A stretch of DNA of 64,000 nt from Vicugna vicugna (taxonomy: Eukaryota). The stretch is taken from the NCBI GenBank assembly GCA_013265495.1, contig MU058423.1:2371061-2435060 (forward strand), read 5' to 3'. The notes beneath the pieces were generated by a model. That model ran no database searches. It was not told where the DNA came from and saw only the letters and a program-made list of their open reading frames with translations. Position 1 is the stretch's first letter. The number at the start of each line of letters is the position of its first letter. Below, piece by piece: positions 62,001-64,000 of this stretch. The position numbers and the translations under genes are program-made.

Positions 62001-63594
62001 AACAGTTGGAAGAACTGTGTGCGATTCCAGAACCTCTGCAACTTTCTTGCTGTTCTGATTTTTGTTAACATCTCATTTCCATGGAGCAATGAGAAGGGAT
62101 TAGCAGGAACATGGATGGAGTTTGTCTTCACAGTCAGGGACAGCCAGGAAAGGGGGATGAAGTGAGACTGGGATGCAGTCTTCAGACATGTTGGGAGGAT
62201 GCGGTGTGGTGCCCAGAGGAGGCAAGAAGAGTCACGTTCCTCTTGAAAAGAGTTCGGGGAGCAAGGGACAGACCCCCGCAGCGCTGACCGCACCCCACGC
62301 CCCATAGCAGGGCGCCTTCTGCGCTTCTGCCACCTCTTTCCAGTCCTTCCGCCCAGAGGTCCAGGCTCATTCGCGGTGTTCCTTCCACAGGTGCTGACTG
62401 ACCACCTACTCTAGCCCAAGAGAAAAATCACATCTGGTCTGGTGATAACGGAAGTTTGTAAAAATAACCGCGAGACAGCAAGAGGAATGCTTGTGGGGAC
62501 ATGGCCCGGCTGCAGGAGGCAGGAAATCATTTTAGGATTTCCTTCAGACACAGCATTTAAAATTTCGTCCTTCAGTGAAAAAGTCTTTCACTGACTTGTT
62601 GGAAAAATATAAATGGCTCTGTTATTAACAGTTGTGCCCACCCATGCCTTTCCTGAAAGGGCTTTCCTGGCTGTGTTGCCTGCCTCTTTTGGGAGAGGTC
62701 AGAGGTCAGAACACCCTACGGGAAGGGCACCACTGTTAGCAGCCATCCTGGAGGGTGGCTGGAGGGACTGGAGGTCGAGGGCTGCAAGCAGCTTCCACAC
62801 TACGGTTATGCATCTGACCGTACACATCCGCATTGCCCTGGGACCACCTTTCAGGTGACCTTCCTCATTGGAAGGCGCAGATTTTGCATCTTGGTGTGGC
62901 AGGTGCTCCATGAATGGCTGAATCAGTGAATGAGTCCGTGATGGTGGAGGGCGGGCTATGGCGCTGAGGCCGCAGGGCTGTCCGAGGTCCAGGCCCAGCT
63001 GAGGACCACGTGGGGGCAAAGCCCACAAGGGAGACCCGAGTGCAGTCTGTTGGGGGAACATGGCCCCTTACCTCTGCTTCCTTGCACCCAGGGTTGGCTG
63101 AGAAATGGCCATCACCACCGAGTCCCATGCCTGTCACCCTCTCTCCCCTGGGCGAGTGACCTCCAGTGGGCAGCCCCTCACACAATGAATGGCAGCCGAT
63201 CCTCCCTCAGAAGCTTTAGCAACTGCCTCCGCACTGGTCACCCACCCGCATTCCCGGAGCCCTTTCCTGCTGACTCACTGCAGGCCCCGTCGGTCCAAGC
63301 TTCCTGCCAGAAGCCCAGGAGGCTAGAGGGAGGAGGCCGCGGACACTGCCTCAGGAGCCAGGAATGCTCTGCTGGGCGGGAAGCAGAGCCGACTGACTTC
63401 CCAGTTCCTGCTGCTCTGAAGGGATGACCAGGAAGTGGACAGTCTAGGGGCTGAGTGTACGCCTCTGTCCCTGACGCAGTCACAGCCAGGCCCTCACTCA
63501 CCCCCACCCACTCGCATTTCAGAGAACAAGGCTCCCCCAGCCCCCTGCCCCTGCTGCTCATGTCAAAGCACTATTCAGGGTCTGCCCTGTTACT

Positions 63595-64000
63595 CCGTGT
63601 CCTGTGGGATTGCCTGTGACGGCGTGTGGTTGTGCACAGTTGCCTACGACTGTGTGTTCTCGTGTGCCAAGGAGTGTGGTTGAGTGTGGCTGTGGTTGGG
63701 TAGGGTGGTATGAGTCTGTGCGTGGCCGTGTGTGATTCAGAATCCCCATCACAGTGCAGTTGTGTGCGATTACACGCAGATGAACAGTGTGAGTGTGAAT
63801 GGATGTGGTTAAGTCCCACCGTGCACGGTGTGGGTGGTTTCGTGTGCTTGTATGTTACGGCCTGTGAGGGCCTGCTCGCCTGTGGTTATGTGTGACTACG
63901 TGGCTGTGTGCTGCTGATGGCCACGGTGTGTGATAGAGTGTGTTTGTGGGTGGCTGTGTGTGACTGGGTGGGCTTCGTGTGATTCTCCAGGACCATGTGT
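63595..64000. repeat. Degenerate TG-rich low-complexity tract, runs off the window end
   Basis: Repeated tgtg/gtgtgg/tgtgac words with strong G+T strand bias. Confidence 0.75.

Overview
This is mammalian genomic DNA, not a prokaryotic window. It reads as a MIR/L2-rich intergenic or intronic region. I found no supportable protein-coding gene, tRNA, rRNA or CRISPR array. The ORF track is mostly noise; its only recognisable peptides are retrotransposon remnants (L1 ORF2 C-terminus at 44170-44391, L2 ORF2 at 15485-15739 and 16348-16557). Four tRNA-Ala-derived SINEs resembling the camelid vic-1 type, plus young L1 3' tails, suggest a camelid host (inference from memory). The main structures are: (1) a ~3.6 kb CR1/L3 LINE fossil at ~38070-41700, invisible in the ORF track and split by nested insertions; (2) a long L2 relic reaching the endonuclease domain, with a nested MER53 and SINE; (3) a perfect 140-bp TSD-L1-TSD-L1-TSD tandem duplication at 26394-26689; (4) two candidate cis-regulatory elements at 13192-13493 and 53233-53600. 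I did not find a previously undescribed biological system. Repeat family names and most boundaries were assigned by eye and are approximate.
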